Below are positions 46,035 through 52,690 of a stretch of 64,000 nucleotides of DNA, one piece after another. Both the position numbers and the translations under genes were made by a program. The stretch is taken from the sequence record OQ743992. One strand, 5' to 3'. A model generated the notes under the pieces. It did not search any database. It had not been told where the DNA came from and saw only the letters and a list, made by a program, of their open reading frames with translations. Each line of letters opens with the position of its first letter. The stretch's first letter is position 1. The stretch comes from Escherichia phage vB_EfeM_pEP20.

Positions 46035-47651
46035 TCAACGTCTAAGCCCCTCATATGGGTTTCCTCTCACTAAGTCTGTGTGAGCACCCATTGATGGTGG
46101 CTTGAATAATTTAACTTCATTAAGACTGTTGAAAGCATCACTGGTAGCATCCACTTGGTCATCTTTAGTTTTACCATCACCACAAAAACCTTCAAGTTCT
46201 TGGAAATAAGCTTCGTTCCAACTACCTCTCAAGACTTTTACAAGTCCAGCTTCAGAAGCAGCAGAAAACCCCGCAAAGCGGGTAACTTTATCTTTATTTG
46301 TTGGTTTAGCTCTTGCGCGATAACCTTTCTCGGCAAGTTTCCTGATGAGGGATGTTGCATAGGATTTACCAGCAGCGCCTGGGTCTTGAGGGATAAAAAT
46401 ACCAGTTCGCTTACCGTCACTTTCAGCAGTCAAATTAATTTGTGTTTCGACTCCAGAGGGTCTATCTCTAAATCTTACTACATCAATGATATAATAGCAA
46501 CCGTCTTTTTTAGATTTACCCATCTTAACACCCGCTGTCCAGTCTGGGTTAGGGTTAATTTCAGATGGTAAAGTCGCTGCTAAGTCCCATGCTCTGACAT
46601 CAAATACGTCTTCTGGGAGTGAATCAACAATCTCACACCACTGTCTTTGCCAATAGTTTGAACCTTCTGCACGAGCCTTCCAGTTACCGAAACGAAGTCT
46701 TGCAACGTTTACAGGTGTGTTGTTTTCCAACTTACCACGATATTTAGGTTCTAAGAAGTCAAGAATTGGGTTATCATCAATCGTACCAGAGATGAAGGTG
46801 TATGTTTGAGGAATCTCAAGAGGGAACATTTCAAGAATCTTGTCTCTCTCCCAATCAGAAACCATCACACCATCATTCATAACATACCAACGAATACGAC
46901 CGCACTTCTCAGGGTCTGGGTAACCTTCTTCATCTAAGAAAGGCTCTACCCAATCATAAATGAAGTGGTCTCTATCTGGGTTCATAGAAATCTTCATGTA
47001 TGAGTCACTTTCAGCACCAGAACGTAGACGAGTCTGTAGGTATGAAATCTGTGAAGCAGAGAAGTGTGTACCTTCGTCAAAGTAGATAGCTGAGTATTCA
47101 ATACCCTGATGACCTTCAGCGTGCTTTTCAAGTTCTAGGTAGGTAAACTTGATAGTTGCCCCAGAAGGGAATGTGATAGTCATCTTCTGCTCATGAGGAA
47201 CCCCACCAAACTTACCAAATAGTTTCTTTGCAGCAGGCCATAAACCACCTTGTAACTGTGTTGTATTTTGACGGAAATATACAGCATTATAGTTAGGGTC
47301 TTCAATAAACCTTAAAGAGTCCATTAATAATGCAGCAGTTTTACCAGCACCAGCAGCACCACCATAGAGAACCAAGTCAGCATTAGTATTTAAAAAGACC
47401 TCTTGAGAACCCGGCTGAGGGGCTACATAGTTCTTATCAGTCATCAATTTGAAGATAAGTCTAACTTGGTCTGGTGTGTATCTTAATAAAGTCAGAATTT
47501 GAGTTGGAAGGAATTTAGAGGGGTCTTTACCGTATGATTTGATAATTTCTTTTACTTCATCAGGAAGCCCCAACTCTCCAGCTAGGACTTTCCTAACATC
47601 TTCCACTCGCTTCTGCTTAATAGCATTTAAGTCCATTAAGCACCTCCGCAA
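46035..47651 (-). CDS. terminase large subunit
   Basis: 538 aa; Walker A LYGGAAGAGKT, Walker B-like AIYFDEGTH, C-terminal nuclease-like acidic motifs. Confidence 0.85.
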   Translation of the reverse strand: MRRCLMDLNAIKQKRVEDVRKVLAGELGLPDEVKEIIKSYGKDPSKFLPTQILTLLRYTPDQVRLIFKLMTDKNYVAPQPGSQEVFLNTNADLVLYGGAAGAGKTAALLMDSLRFIEDPNYNAVYFRQNTTQLQGGLWPAAKKLFGKFGGVPHEQKMTITFPSGATIKFTYLELEKHAEGHQGIEYSAIYFDEGTHFSASQISYLQTRLRSGAESDSYMKISMNPDRDHFIYDWVEPFLDEEGYPDPEKCGRIRWYVMNDGVMVSDWERDKILEMFPLEIPQTYTFISGTIDDNPILDFLEPKYRGKLENNTPVNVARLRFGNWKARAEGSNYWQRQWCEIVDSLPEDVFDVRAWDLAATLPSEINPNPDWTAGVKMGKSKKDGCYYIIDVVRFRDRPSGVETQINLTAESDGKRTGIFIPQDPGAAGKSYATSLIRKLAEKGYRARAKPTNKDKVTRFAGFSAASEAGLVKVLRGSWNEAYFQELEGFCGDGKTKDDQVDATSDAFNSLNEVKLFKPPSMGAHTDLVRGNPYEGLRR

Positions 47652-47657
47652 ATAGAA

Positions 47658-47858
47658 TTATTCAGAGTCTGTAGCAGTCTCTTCTTTCTTAACTTCGAAC
47701 TTTGCATCAACAGCGTCAAGAAGTGCATCCATAGAGGCTTCTTTGATATCAATACCTGTTGCTACAGATAATCTGTCTGCAATTGCCATGATAGTGTTCT
47801 GCATAAATTCTAGCTTTTTGTTAGCTTCATAAAGTTCTTTATAAACGGTCTCGCTCAT
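47658..47858 (-). CDS. hypothetical small protein upstream of terminase (66 aa)
   Basis: RBS GGAGAAAA then ATG; too small to call terminase small subunit. Confidence 0.45.
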   Translation of the reverse strand: MSETVYKELYEANKKLEFMQNTIMAIADRLSVATGIDIKEASMDALLDAVDAKFEVKKEETATDSE

Positions 47859-47894
47859 TATGTTTTCTCCAAATAATTAACCATGTTTCTCCTT

Positions 47895-47918
47895 AAAAAA
47901 GACGGTACAGAGACCGTC
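47895..47918 (-). terminator. rho-independent terminator (minus strand) between tRNA array and structural block
   Basis: Hairpin GACGGT-ACAGAG-ACCGTC, followed on the minus strand by TTTTTT. Confidence 0.5.
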
Positions 47919-48080
47919 AAGGAGAAACCACAATGTACGTCAGAGACATACTGTATAAGTCTTCTTATAAAGTATAACTCTGTAAAAAAGCCCTGTCTAA
48001 AAATACTCTTCGGTAGCGAAAGGAAGAATACTTATAGCAGGGCATTATTATTATTTTAATTGAGAGAGAGTAAAATAACT

Positions 48081-48156
48081 TGGAGAATCCGAAGGGACTC
48101 GAACCCTTATAAACCTGTTTTGCAGACAGGCACATAGCCATTTCTGTCACGGATTC
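48081..48156 (-). tRNA. tRNA-Cys (anticodon GCA)
   Basis: Hand-folded: perfect 7-bp acceptor, anticodon loop CTGCAAA, T-arm AAGGG-TTCGAGT-CCCTT, discriminator U, CCA encoded. Confidence 0.75.
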
Positions 48157-48160
48157 AAAT

Positions 48161-48253
48161 TGGAGGAAGATACCAGACTTGAACTGATACACCGATTTCT
48201 CAGCTACTGGCAGTTTAGCAAACTGCTCCCTTACCTTTTAGGGTTAATCTTCC
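48161..48253 (-). tRNA. tRNA-Ser (anticodon GCT), class II
   Basis: Perfect acceptor GGAAGAT/ATCTTCC, anticodon loop TTGCTAA, about 20-nt variable arm, T-loop TTCAAGT. Confidence 0.75.
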
Positions 48254-48254
48254 A

Positions 48255-48989
48255 TTATTTCTGTAATGCGTTCTTCATTTCTGGTGTTGCAATAGTGTCA
48301 ATTACACCAGTTTTACAAGCATCATCAAACCAGTCTGGTAAGATACCTGCTAAGAACCCATTGATATTCGTTTTAAGGTACTCTGCAATAAGGGCAGCTT
48401 CTTCTTCAATCATCTGCACAACTTCATCTGCATAAGCTGTAATCTTTGAGATACCTTCATTAATCTTGCTAACAGCTTGGTTAGCTAAATCAGAAATAGT
48501 ATCAAGACCTTTATCAATAGCATCTTGTAAGTCACTTAATACATCGTTAACACCGTCTAGTGCACTGTTAATTGTGTCAATAGCTTTTTGACCATATTCT
48601 GTAGCAACACCCATAATACCACTAAATGGTGTACAACCAACTTGCTCTCCTGCTGCACCCATAACATTGGAATATCCTTTTGCTACCTGCATACGTGATG
48701 AAAACTCATCAATGGACTTTTGACCGTAATCTGTCAGTGTCTTAGTGGTTGATGTAGTGCTTGTCAGACTCGTTGTAAAGCTGTTAAGCAGAACTGTTGT
48801 AAGTCCAGCGGCAACAAGTTTATCCTTTATTGTAGGGTCTGTTACAGAGCTAATAGAGCTTACAAGTGATGTAGAGGCAGCTACGGTTCCACCGAGAACT
48901 GCTGCACCAGTAATAAGGGGATTAGAAAACCCTCTACCGGTTTTTAAGAGACCAAAAATCTCCTTACCTTGTTCTGTCATCTCTTTCAT
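48255..48989 (-). CDS. hypothetical protein with hydrophobic segment and coiled-coil region, embedded in the tRNA array
   Basis: Start taken at ATG 48989 (MKEMTEQ...) behind AAAGGTG; the longer track start would overlap a tRNA-like gene. Confidence 0.45.
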   Translation of the reverse strand: MKEMTEQGKEIFGLLKTGRGFSNPLITGAAVLGGTVAASTSLVSSISSVTDPTIKDKLVAAGLTTVLLNSFTTSLTSTTSTTKTLTDYGQKSIDEFSSRMQVAKGYSNVMGAAGEQVGCTPFSGIMGVATEYGQKAIDTINSALDGVNDVLSDLQDAIDKGLDTISDLANQAVSKINEGISKITAYADEVVQMIEEEAALIAEYLKTNINGFLAGILPDWFDDACKTGVIDTIATPEMKNALQK

Positions 48990-49005
48990 TAAGCACCTTT
49001 GAAAT

Positions 49006-49080
49006 TGGTAGTTCAGTGGGATTTGAACCCTCTTCTCATGTTTTTCAGACACGCGCTTTAACCATATAAGCTACTTGGAC
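49006..49080 (-). tRNA. tRNA-like gene with Phe-type anticodon arm (GAA); acceptor stem does not pair, possible pseudo-tRNA
   Basis: Good D-arm (GCTT/AAGC) and anticodon arm (loop CTGAAAA), T-loop TTCAAAT, but 5' GTCCAAG cannot pair with 3' TGAACTA. Confidence 0.35.
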
Positions 49081-49087
49081 TATAAAT

Positions 49088-49163
49088 TGGGGTGACCTAC
49101 GGGATTTGAACCCGTATAGACCATGTTCACAGCATGGGTCATTACCATTTATGATAAGGCCAC
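49088..49163 (-). tRNA. tRNA-His (anticodon GTG)
   Basis: Acceptor GTGGCCT/AGGTCAC, D-stem TCAT/ATGA, anticodon loop CTGTGAA, T-arm ACGGG-TTCAAAT-CCCGT. Confidence 0.7.
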
Positions 49164-49194
49164 ATTTAAGGACTCTCGTAAGAATCCTTAGAAG

Positions 49195-49270
49195 TGGCAG
49201 CGGCATAAGGATTTGAACCTTAATAAGACAGCTTCAGAGACTGCTGCATTGCCAGTTATGCTATACCGCT
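49195..49270 (-). tRNA. tRNA-Gln (anticodon CTG)
   Basis: Acceptor AGCGGTA/TGCCGCT, D-stem GCAT/ATGC, anticodon loop CTCTGAA. Confidence 0.6.
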
Positions 49271-49275
49271 AAATT

Positions 49276-49354
49276 TGGTACTCCATATCGGATTCGAACC
49301 GATACATAACACAGATTTTAAGTCTGGCCTCTCTGCCAATTGGAGTAATGGAGC
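49276..49354 (-). tRNA. tRNA with Leu-type anticodon TAA but short variable arm (atypical)
   Basis: Acceptor GCTCCAT/ATGGAGT, perfect T-arm ATCGG-TTCGAAT-CCGAT, Leu-like D-loop AATTGGCAGAG, anticodon loop CTTAAAA, discriminator A, variable region only about 7 nt. Confidence 0.5.
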
Positions 49355-49356
49355 AT

Positions 49357-49432
49357 TGGCGGGGGATGCTGGAATTGAACCAGCTTCTTCGATTTCAAAG
49401 ACCGAGGTTTTAACCTTGTAAACTAATCCCCT
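49357..49432 (-). tRNA. tRNA-Gln (anticodon TTG)
   Basis: D-stem GTTT/AAAC, anticodon arm TCGGT-CTTTGAA-ATCGA, T-arm GCTGG-TTCAATT-CCAGC; first acceptor pair mismatched. Confidence 0.6.
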
Positions 49433-49440
49433 TTAAATCT

Positions 49441-49998
49441 TTACTTTCTTAGTGGATGAATAAAGAATGCCAACATAACTCTTTCCCTTGAGAATGCTCT
49501 TTCTTCTGGGACAACACTTTTTAGTTTCCATCCAATATAAATTCTCCAGTAAAACTGTTTACCAAAGACTTTAATTGATGGGATAAAAGCGAATAATCCC
49601 CAAGCATTACTGTTCCACATTAGGAGATAACCAGTCTGATTATCTTCAGGGTCAGAACTTACGTTGATATTACCTTTCCACTTAGTAACATCTTTTACAT
49701 CTCTTCCTAATACATGGTAAGAGAAGTTATAAGCTTTGTTTCTCCAGAGCCATCCAACTCTCTGCATATAAACACCAAGCTTACCAATCTTTCTAATCTT
49801 AGCCCATCTCTCAACGTGGCCTTTGTCACCATCAATCGGGTTGTCATAGGTCTCCATCCATCTGAATCCAAAAGGTAGATGCCCTTTCTTCTCGCTGTAG
49901 AATGGAACCACAAATGGTGCTAAGATTACTGCTAAGATTGCTGCAAATGGTTCTAGCAAAGCTAGGAAAATCCATGAAGCATATTTTAAATATCTCAT
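49441..49998 (-). CDS. hypothetical membrane protein (185 aa) inside tRNA array
   Basis: N-terminal hydrophobic helices (IFLALLEPFAAILAVILAPFVVPF). Confidence 0.45.
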   Translation of the reverse strand: MRYLKYASWIFLALLEPFAAILAVILAPFVVPFYSEKKGHLPFGFRWMETYDNPIDGDKGHVERWAKIRKIGKLGVYMQRVGWLWRNKAYNFSYHVLGRDVKDVTKWKGNINVSSDPEDNQTGYLLMWNSNAWGLFAFIPSIKVFGKQFYWRIYIGWKLKSVVPEERAFSRERVMLAFFIHPLRK

Positions 49999-50237
49999 CG
50001 TCTAATCCTTGTAAGGAGATAAGTGTTATTATTTGTTTCTGAGTTTTCTGGTAACATTGTCTCAAAATTGACACTTTTAAGTTGTCTTCCACCAAAGTAA
50101 TGACCAATAAATTTTTCTACTCTTATTGGGTCGCATTCCCAGCCGACTTTCAAGAAAATGTGGGTATCTATAGTGGGAACCCTTACAAACTCAACACTAT
50201 TGGAATTTTCATGTTCAACGACTATTAATGTTTGCAT
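49995..50237 (-). CDS. hypothetical protein (80 aa) inside tRNA array
   Basis: Track ORF with overlap to downstream gene. Confidence 0.4.
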   Translation of the reverse strand: MQTLIVVEHENSNSVEFVRVPTIDTHIFLKVGWECDPIRVEKFIGHYFGGRQLKSVNFETMLPENSETNNNTYLLTRIRR

Positions 50238-50245
50238 AAATCCCT

Positions 50246-50321
50246 CTTACTTAATTGGCGCAGGATAAGGGATTCGAACCCCTATTAACAGCTTCGTAGA
50301 CTGTTGCTCTATCCATTTGAA
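50246..50321 (-). tRNA. tRNA-Arg (anticodon ACG)
   Basis: Perfect acceptor GCAGGAT/ATCCTGC, anticodon loop CTACGAA, T-loop TTCGAAT. Confidence 0.7.
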
Positions 50322-50326
50322 CTAAT

Positions 50327-50404
50327 CCTGCAAAATTGGTGTTCCAAGACGGATTCGAACCGTCACTAGTACAAGGTTTGAGCTTGCATCCTCTGCCAAT
50401 TGGG
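50327..50404 (-). tRNA. tRNA with Leu-type anticodon CAA but short variable arm (atypical)
   Basis: Acceptor GTTCCAG/TTGGAAC, Leu-like D-loop AATTGGCAGAG, anticodon arm GCAAG-CTCAAAC-CTTGT, perfect T-arm GACGG-TTCGAAT-CCGTC, discriminator A, 6-nt variable region. Confidence 0.5.
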
Positions 50405-50405
50405 A

Positions 50406-50480
50406 TACTGGAACATGGTACTCACTAAAGGACTTGAACCTTTTTCTTCATCTTGTAAGGGTGATGTTTTACCATATAAA
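50406..50480 (-). tRNA. tRNA-Val (anticodon TAC)
   Basis: Acceptor ACTCGCT/AGTGAGT, D-stem GTTT/AAAC, anticodon loop CTTACAA, T-arm AAAGG-TTCAAGT-CCTTT. Confidence 0.65.
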
Positions 50481-50577
50481 CTAAGCGAGTGTGAAAAGAG
50501 GTCTGAAGTTGTGCCGCTAACTCAACTCCGTGGAATTTGTTACGGTCTTCAGTTGACTCAAAGCGGTCTTTCACTTG

Positions 50578-50653
50578 ACCTCTAAATTGGTGCTCCCACA
50601 AGGATTCGAACCCTGATAAGTTGCTTACAAGGCAACCGTAATAGCCAATTATA
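50578..50653 (-). tRNA. tRNA-Thr (anticodon TGT)
   Basis: Acceptor GCTCCTA/TGGGAGC, anticodon arm GTTGC-CTTGTAA-GCAAC, T-loop TTCGAAT. Confidence 0.65.
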
Positions 50654-50660
50654 CGATAGG

Positions 50661-50735
50661 AGCATTAATTTGGAGCATCCAGAGGGAATCGAACCCTCAA
50701 CCTCAGTTTGGAAGACTGTAATTTTCCCGTTTAAA
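50661..50735 (-). tRNA. tRNA-Gly (anticodon TCC)
   Basis: Perfect acceptor GCATCCA/TGGATGC, anticodon loop CTTCCAA, T-arm GAGGG-TTCGATT-CCCTC. Confidence 0.7.
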
Positions 50736-50741
50736 CTATGG

Positions 50742-50817
50742 ATGCACTAATTGGTGGAGTCACTGAGAATTGAACTCAGTTCCCAAGTTTGCAAAACTCG
50801 AATTTTAACCATATAAA
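50742..50817 (-). tRNA. tRNA-Ala (anticodon TGC)
   Basis: Acceptor GGGGTCA/TGACTCC with the G3-U70 pair, anticodon loop TTTGCAA, T-arm CTGAG-TTCAATT-CTCAG. Confidence 0.75.
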
Positions 50818-50824
50818 CTATGAC

Positions 50825-50900
50825 CCCCATTGTTTGGTACAGGTGGATGGAATTGAACCCATCGTCTTACTGATTAAGAGTCAGCCGCATAACCATTTTG
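50825..50900 (-). tRNA. tRNA-Lys (anticodon CTT)
   Basis: Acceptor GCAGGTG/CACCTGT, anticodon arm GCTGA-CTCTTAA-TCAGT, T-stem GATGG/CCATC. Confidence 0.6.
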
Positions 50901-50907
50901 CTACACC

Positions 50908-50984
50908 TGCATTAATTTGGTACACCTAGAGAGATTCGAACTCACACTGAGCAGATTCTAAGTCTGCTGCCTCTACCAGTTGGG
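50908..50984 (-). tRNA. tRNA with Leu-type anticodon TAG but short variable arm (atypical)
   Basis: Acceptor GCACCTA/TAGGTGT, Leu-like D-loop CAACTGGTAGAG, perfect anticodon arm GCAGA-CTTAGAA-TCTGC, T-loop TTCGAAT, discriminator A, 5-nt variable region. Confidence 0.5.
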
Positions 50985-51249
50985 CTATAGGTGCATTAAA
51001 TCTTTTTAGAGAACTTCTAAGAACCTAAGCAACAAGGTTCCACAACAAGCTGTAATAACCTTAGAAGCCCTCTAAAAAGACCTAAATAGGTCTTTGCATA
51101 GTCTTGTTTAATCCGGTGACTAGAACCTTTGGAGAGCTTGATATTATCTCTTCTCCGTGACACCTACTAGGTGCTTTATCAGTGTGTACGACAATACACG
51201 AGGGATAAACCGAAAATGCGAGCAAGCATGGACGGTATAAATCTTATTA

Positions 51250-51339
51250 GGCGGTAAGTAAAGGAGTCGAACCCTCACCGTATCTCTACAGTGGCAACTG
51301 TTTTCAAGACAGTTTGGCTACCATTAGCCGCTACCTACC
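51250..51339 (-). tRNA. tRNA-Ser (anticodon TGA), class II
   Basis: Acceptor GGTAGGT/ACTTACC, perfect anticodon arm ACTGT-CTTGAAA-ACAGT, 20-nt variable arm, T-loop TTCGACT; CCA not fully encoded. Confidence 0.65.
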
Positions 51340-51352
51340 CCTAATAAGACTT

Positions 51353-51435
51353 TGGCATGGGACGGAGGAGTTGAACCACTTTGAAACGGTTTTGGAGGCC
51401 GTTGCTCATGCCTTAGAGTCTTAACATCGTCCCAT
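51353..51435 (-). tRNA. tRNA-like gene with Trp-type anticodon loop (CCA) and expanded 5' D region (atypical)
   Basis: Perfect 7-bp acceptor ATGGGAC/GTCCCAT with discriminator G and CCA; loop CTCCAAA on stem ACGG/CCGT; about 8 extra nt before the D-arm and a weak T-stem. Confidence 0.4.
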
Positions 51436-51587
51436 ACTTTAATTCGAAGCTTACCGTATTTTCGCAACACTGTAAAGCCCCTTCTCAGATTATTTACATG
51501 TTCTGGAAAACATGAGATACAGACCACCTCCTTACACGGAGACCCGATAAGGTCGTCTAAGCAATCTGCTAACTATTTGGCACACCC

Positions 51588-51664
51588 TACAGGATTCGAA
51601 CCTGTAACTAACGATTTAGAAGACCGTTGCTCTATCCAATTGAACTAAGGGTGCATTAATCTTT
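51588..51664 (-). tRNA. tRNA-Arg (anticodon TCT)
   Basis: Acceptor GCACCCT/AGGGTGT, D-stem GTTC/GAGC, anticodon arm ACGGT-CTTCTAA-ATCGT, T-arm ACAGG-TTCGAAT-CCTGT. Confidence 0.7.
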
Positions 51665-51991
51665 AAAGACTCTCTTAGAAAGCCCTTAAAGATGCCCACC
51701 TTATTAATCATACCGTGGGCTAGTACGCCAAATTCTTTGATGAGGGATTGGAAGACCTCACTGGTGTTTAGCCTATCAAGCTACTGCCAGAAAAACATTG
51801 TCGTTTGCATTTATTTTAAATTTGCAAAATAGACGCTACGCAACGAAAACTATTCAGAATATGTACAACAAATTTCCCCACATTGTGTTACGTCTAACGC
51901 TCATGTATTGGTGTTTGAATTATACATATTATGAATCATTTTTAGTTACTATAAAGCGGTCACATCTCAATGTCAACAACTTTATTGAAAT

Positions 51992-52067
51992 TGGTGCTGG
52001 TAGGTGGAATCGAACCACCGATATTCCCTTATCAGGGGAGTGTTATAACCTTCTTAACTATACCAGC
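51992..52067 (-). tRNA. tRNA-Ile (anticodon GAT)
   Basis: Perfect acceptor GCTGGTA/TACCAGC, D-stem GTTA/TAAC, anticodon loop CTGATAA, T-arm GGTGG-TTCGATT-CCACC. Confidence 0.7.
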
Positions 52068-52068
52068 T

Positions 52069-52145
52069 TGGAGGTTCAGATGGGAATCGAACCCACATTC
52101 ATAGGGCTTATGAAACCCCTGCATTACCTTATCTGCGACTGAACC
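52069..52145 (-). tRNA. tRNA-Met (anticodon CAT)
   Basis: Acceptor GGTTCAG/CTGAACC, anticodon arm with three consecutive G-C pairs and loop TTCATAA, T-arm GTGGG-TTCGATT-CCCAT. Confidence 0.65.
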
Positions 52146-52149
52146 ATAT

Positions 52150-52225
52150 TGGTAGAAGTAGAGGGATTCGAACCCATCGCCTGTCAGATTAAAAGTCTGC
52201 CGCATCACCATTCTGCTACACTTCC
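52150..52225 (-). tRNA. tRNA-Lys (anticodon TTT)
   Basis: Acceptor GGAAGTG/TACTTCT (two G-U pairs), anticodon loop CTTTTAA, T-loop TTCGAAT with a weak stem. Confidence 0.55.
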
Positions 52226-52229
52226 ATTA

Positions 52230-52373
52230 AATTATCTTTGTAGATAAGCTACCCAGACTTGCTTAAGGTCTGTAGCGATGTGCCTTTTTGGGTTTAAATC
52301 TAGAATTTACCCTTTCACCCTTTGTGGTCGCATACTCACAGGTAAGCTTAATAACTTATCTACAAAGATAATT
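52230..52373. repeat. 19-bp perfect inverted repeat (AATTATCTTTGTAGATAAG) enclosing about 106 bp
   Basis: Arms at 52230-52248 and 52355-52373 are exact reverse complements; the enclosed sequence holds hairpin CCCAGAC-TTGCTTAAG-GTCTG. Confidence 0.6.
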
Positions 52374-52374
52374 A

Positions 52375-52506
52375 CCAGACCGTTGTTTATCATCTTAAGT
52401 GCTACCATTACACCAACTCGACATCTGCCGAGTGAAGGAATCGAACCTTCGCCTTTTCTTTACCGGAGAAATAGATTGTTTAAAGTTTGCTGTAAACGGT
52501 CTTCTG
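52375..52506 (-). ncRNA. candidate Y-RNA-like ncRNA U1 with embedded tRNA-like module (YrlA-like architecture)
   Basis: Minus-sense 5' CAGAAGACCGUUUACAGCAAAC ... ACGGUCUGG 3' with termini pairing (AGACCGU/ACGGUCU); interior has hairpin UUUCU-CCGGUAA-AGAAA, T-arm GAAGG-UUCGAUU-CCUUC, closed acceptor-like hairpin ACUCGGC-AGAU-GUCGAGU, D-arm GUG-UAAUGGUAG-CAC. Confidence 0.5.
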
Positions 52507-52519
52507 TAAATTTGTTGAG

Positions 52520-52604
52520 CCAGACCAAGTTTTAAATTTTTCAAAATTAAATTGGCTTGAAATTTTAAGTAACTTGCTGAATTTGGTCTTCTGCTCCTTT
52601 AAAG
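52520..52604 (-). ncRNA. candidate Y-RNA-like ncRNA U2
   Basis: Minus-sense 5' CAGAAGACCAAAUUCAGCAAG ... UUGGUCUGG 3'; terminal stem AGACCAA/UUGGUCU covaries with U1/U3. Confidence 0.45.
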
Positions 52605-52690
52605 AATACTCGTAAGAACTCTTTAAGGGAGGGGCTAAATAGCCCTCTCAAACATCATTTTGAAATACTTATTATAATTTGGCGGTTACG

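Noticed and set aside
47965-48192. Minus-strand ORF of 75 aa
   Set aside because: Overlaps tRNA-Cys and tRNA-Ser and lies downstream of a terminator-like hairpin; no RBS.
49276-49354. Anticodon TAA read as an ochre suppressor
   Set aside because: Anticodon 5'-UAA-3' pairs with UUA/UUG Leu codons, not with the UAA stop codon; a suppressor would need 5'-UUA-3'.
51076-51095. Hairpin AAAGACC-TAAATA-GGTCTTT as an internal terminator of the tRNA array
   Set aside because: No adequate U-run follows on either strand; kept only as a possible processing hairpin within the non-tRNA spacer finding.
51798-52142. Plus-strand ORF of 114 aa and minus-strand ORF 51324-51527
   Set aside because: Both overlap hand-folded tRNA genes on the minus strand and have no RBS; considered artefacts of open frames across tRNA sequence.
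52375-52506. U1 as a circularly permuted tRNA gene
   Set aside because: The order T-arm, acceptor hairpin, D-arm first suggested a permuted tRNA, but the acceptor helix is closed by a 4-nt loop, the anticodon-like loop is non-canonical, and three shorter elements share the same termini without tRNA content; a Y-RNA-like ncRNA with a tRNA-like domain explains all copies better.
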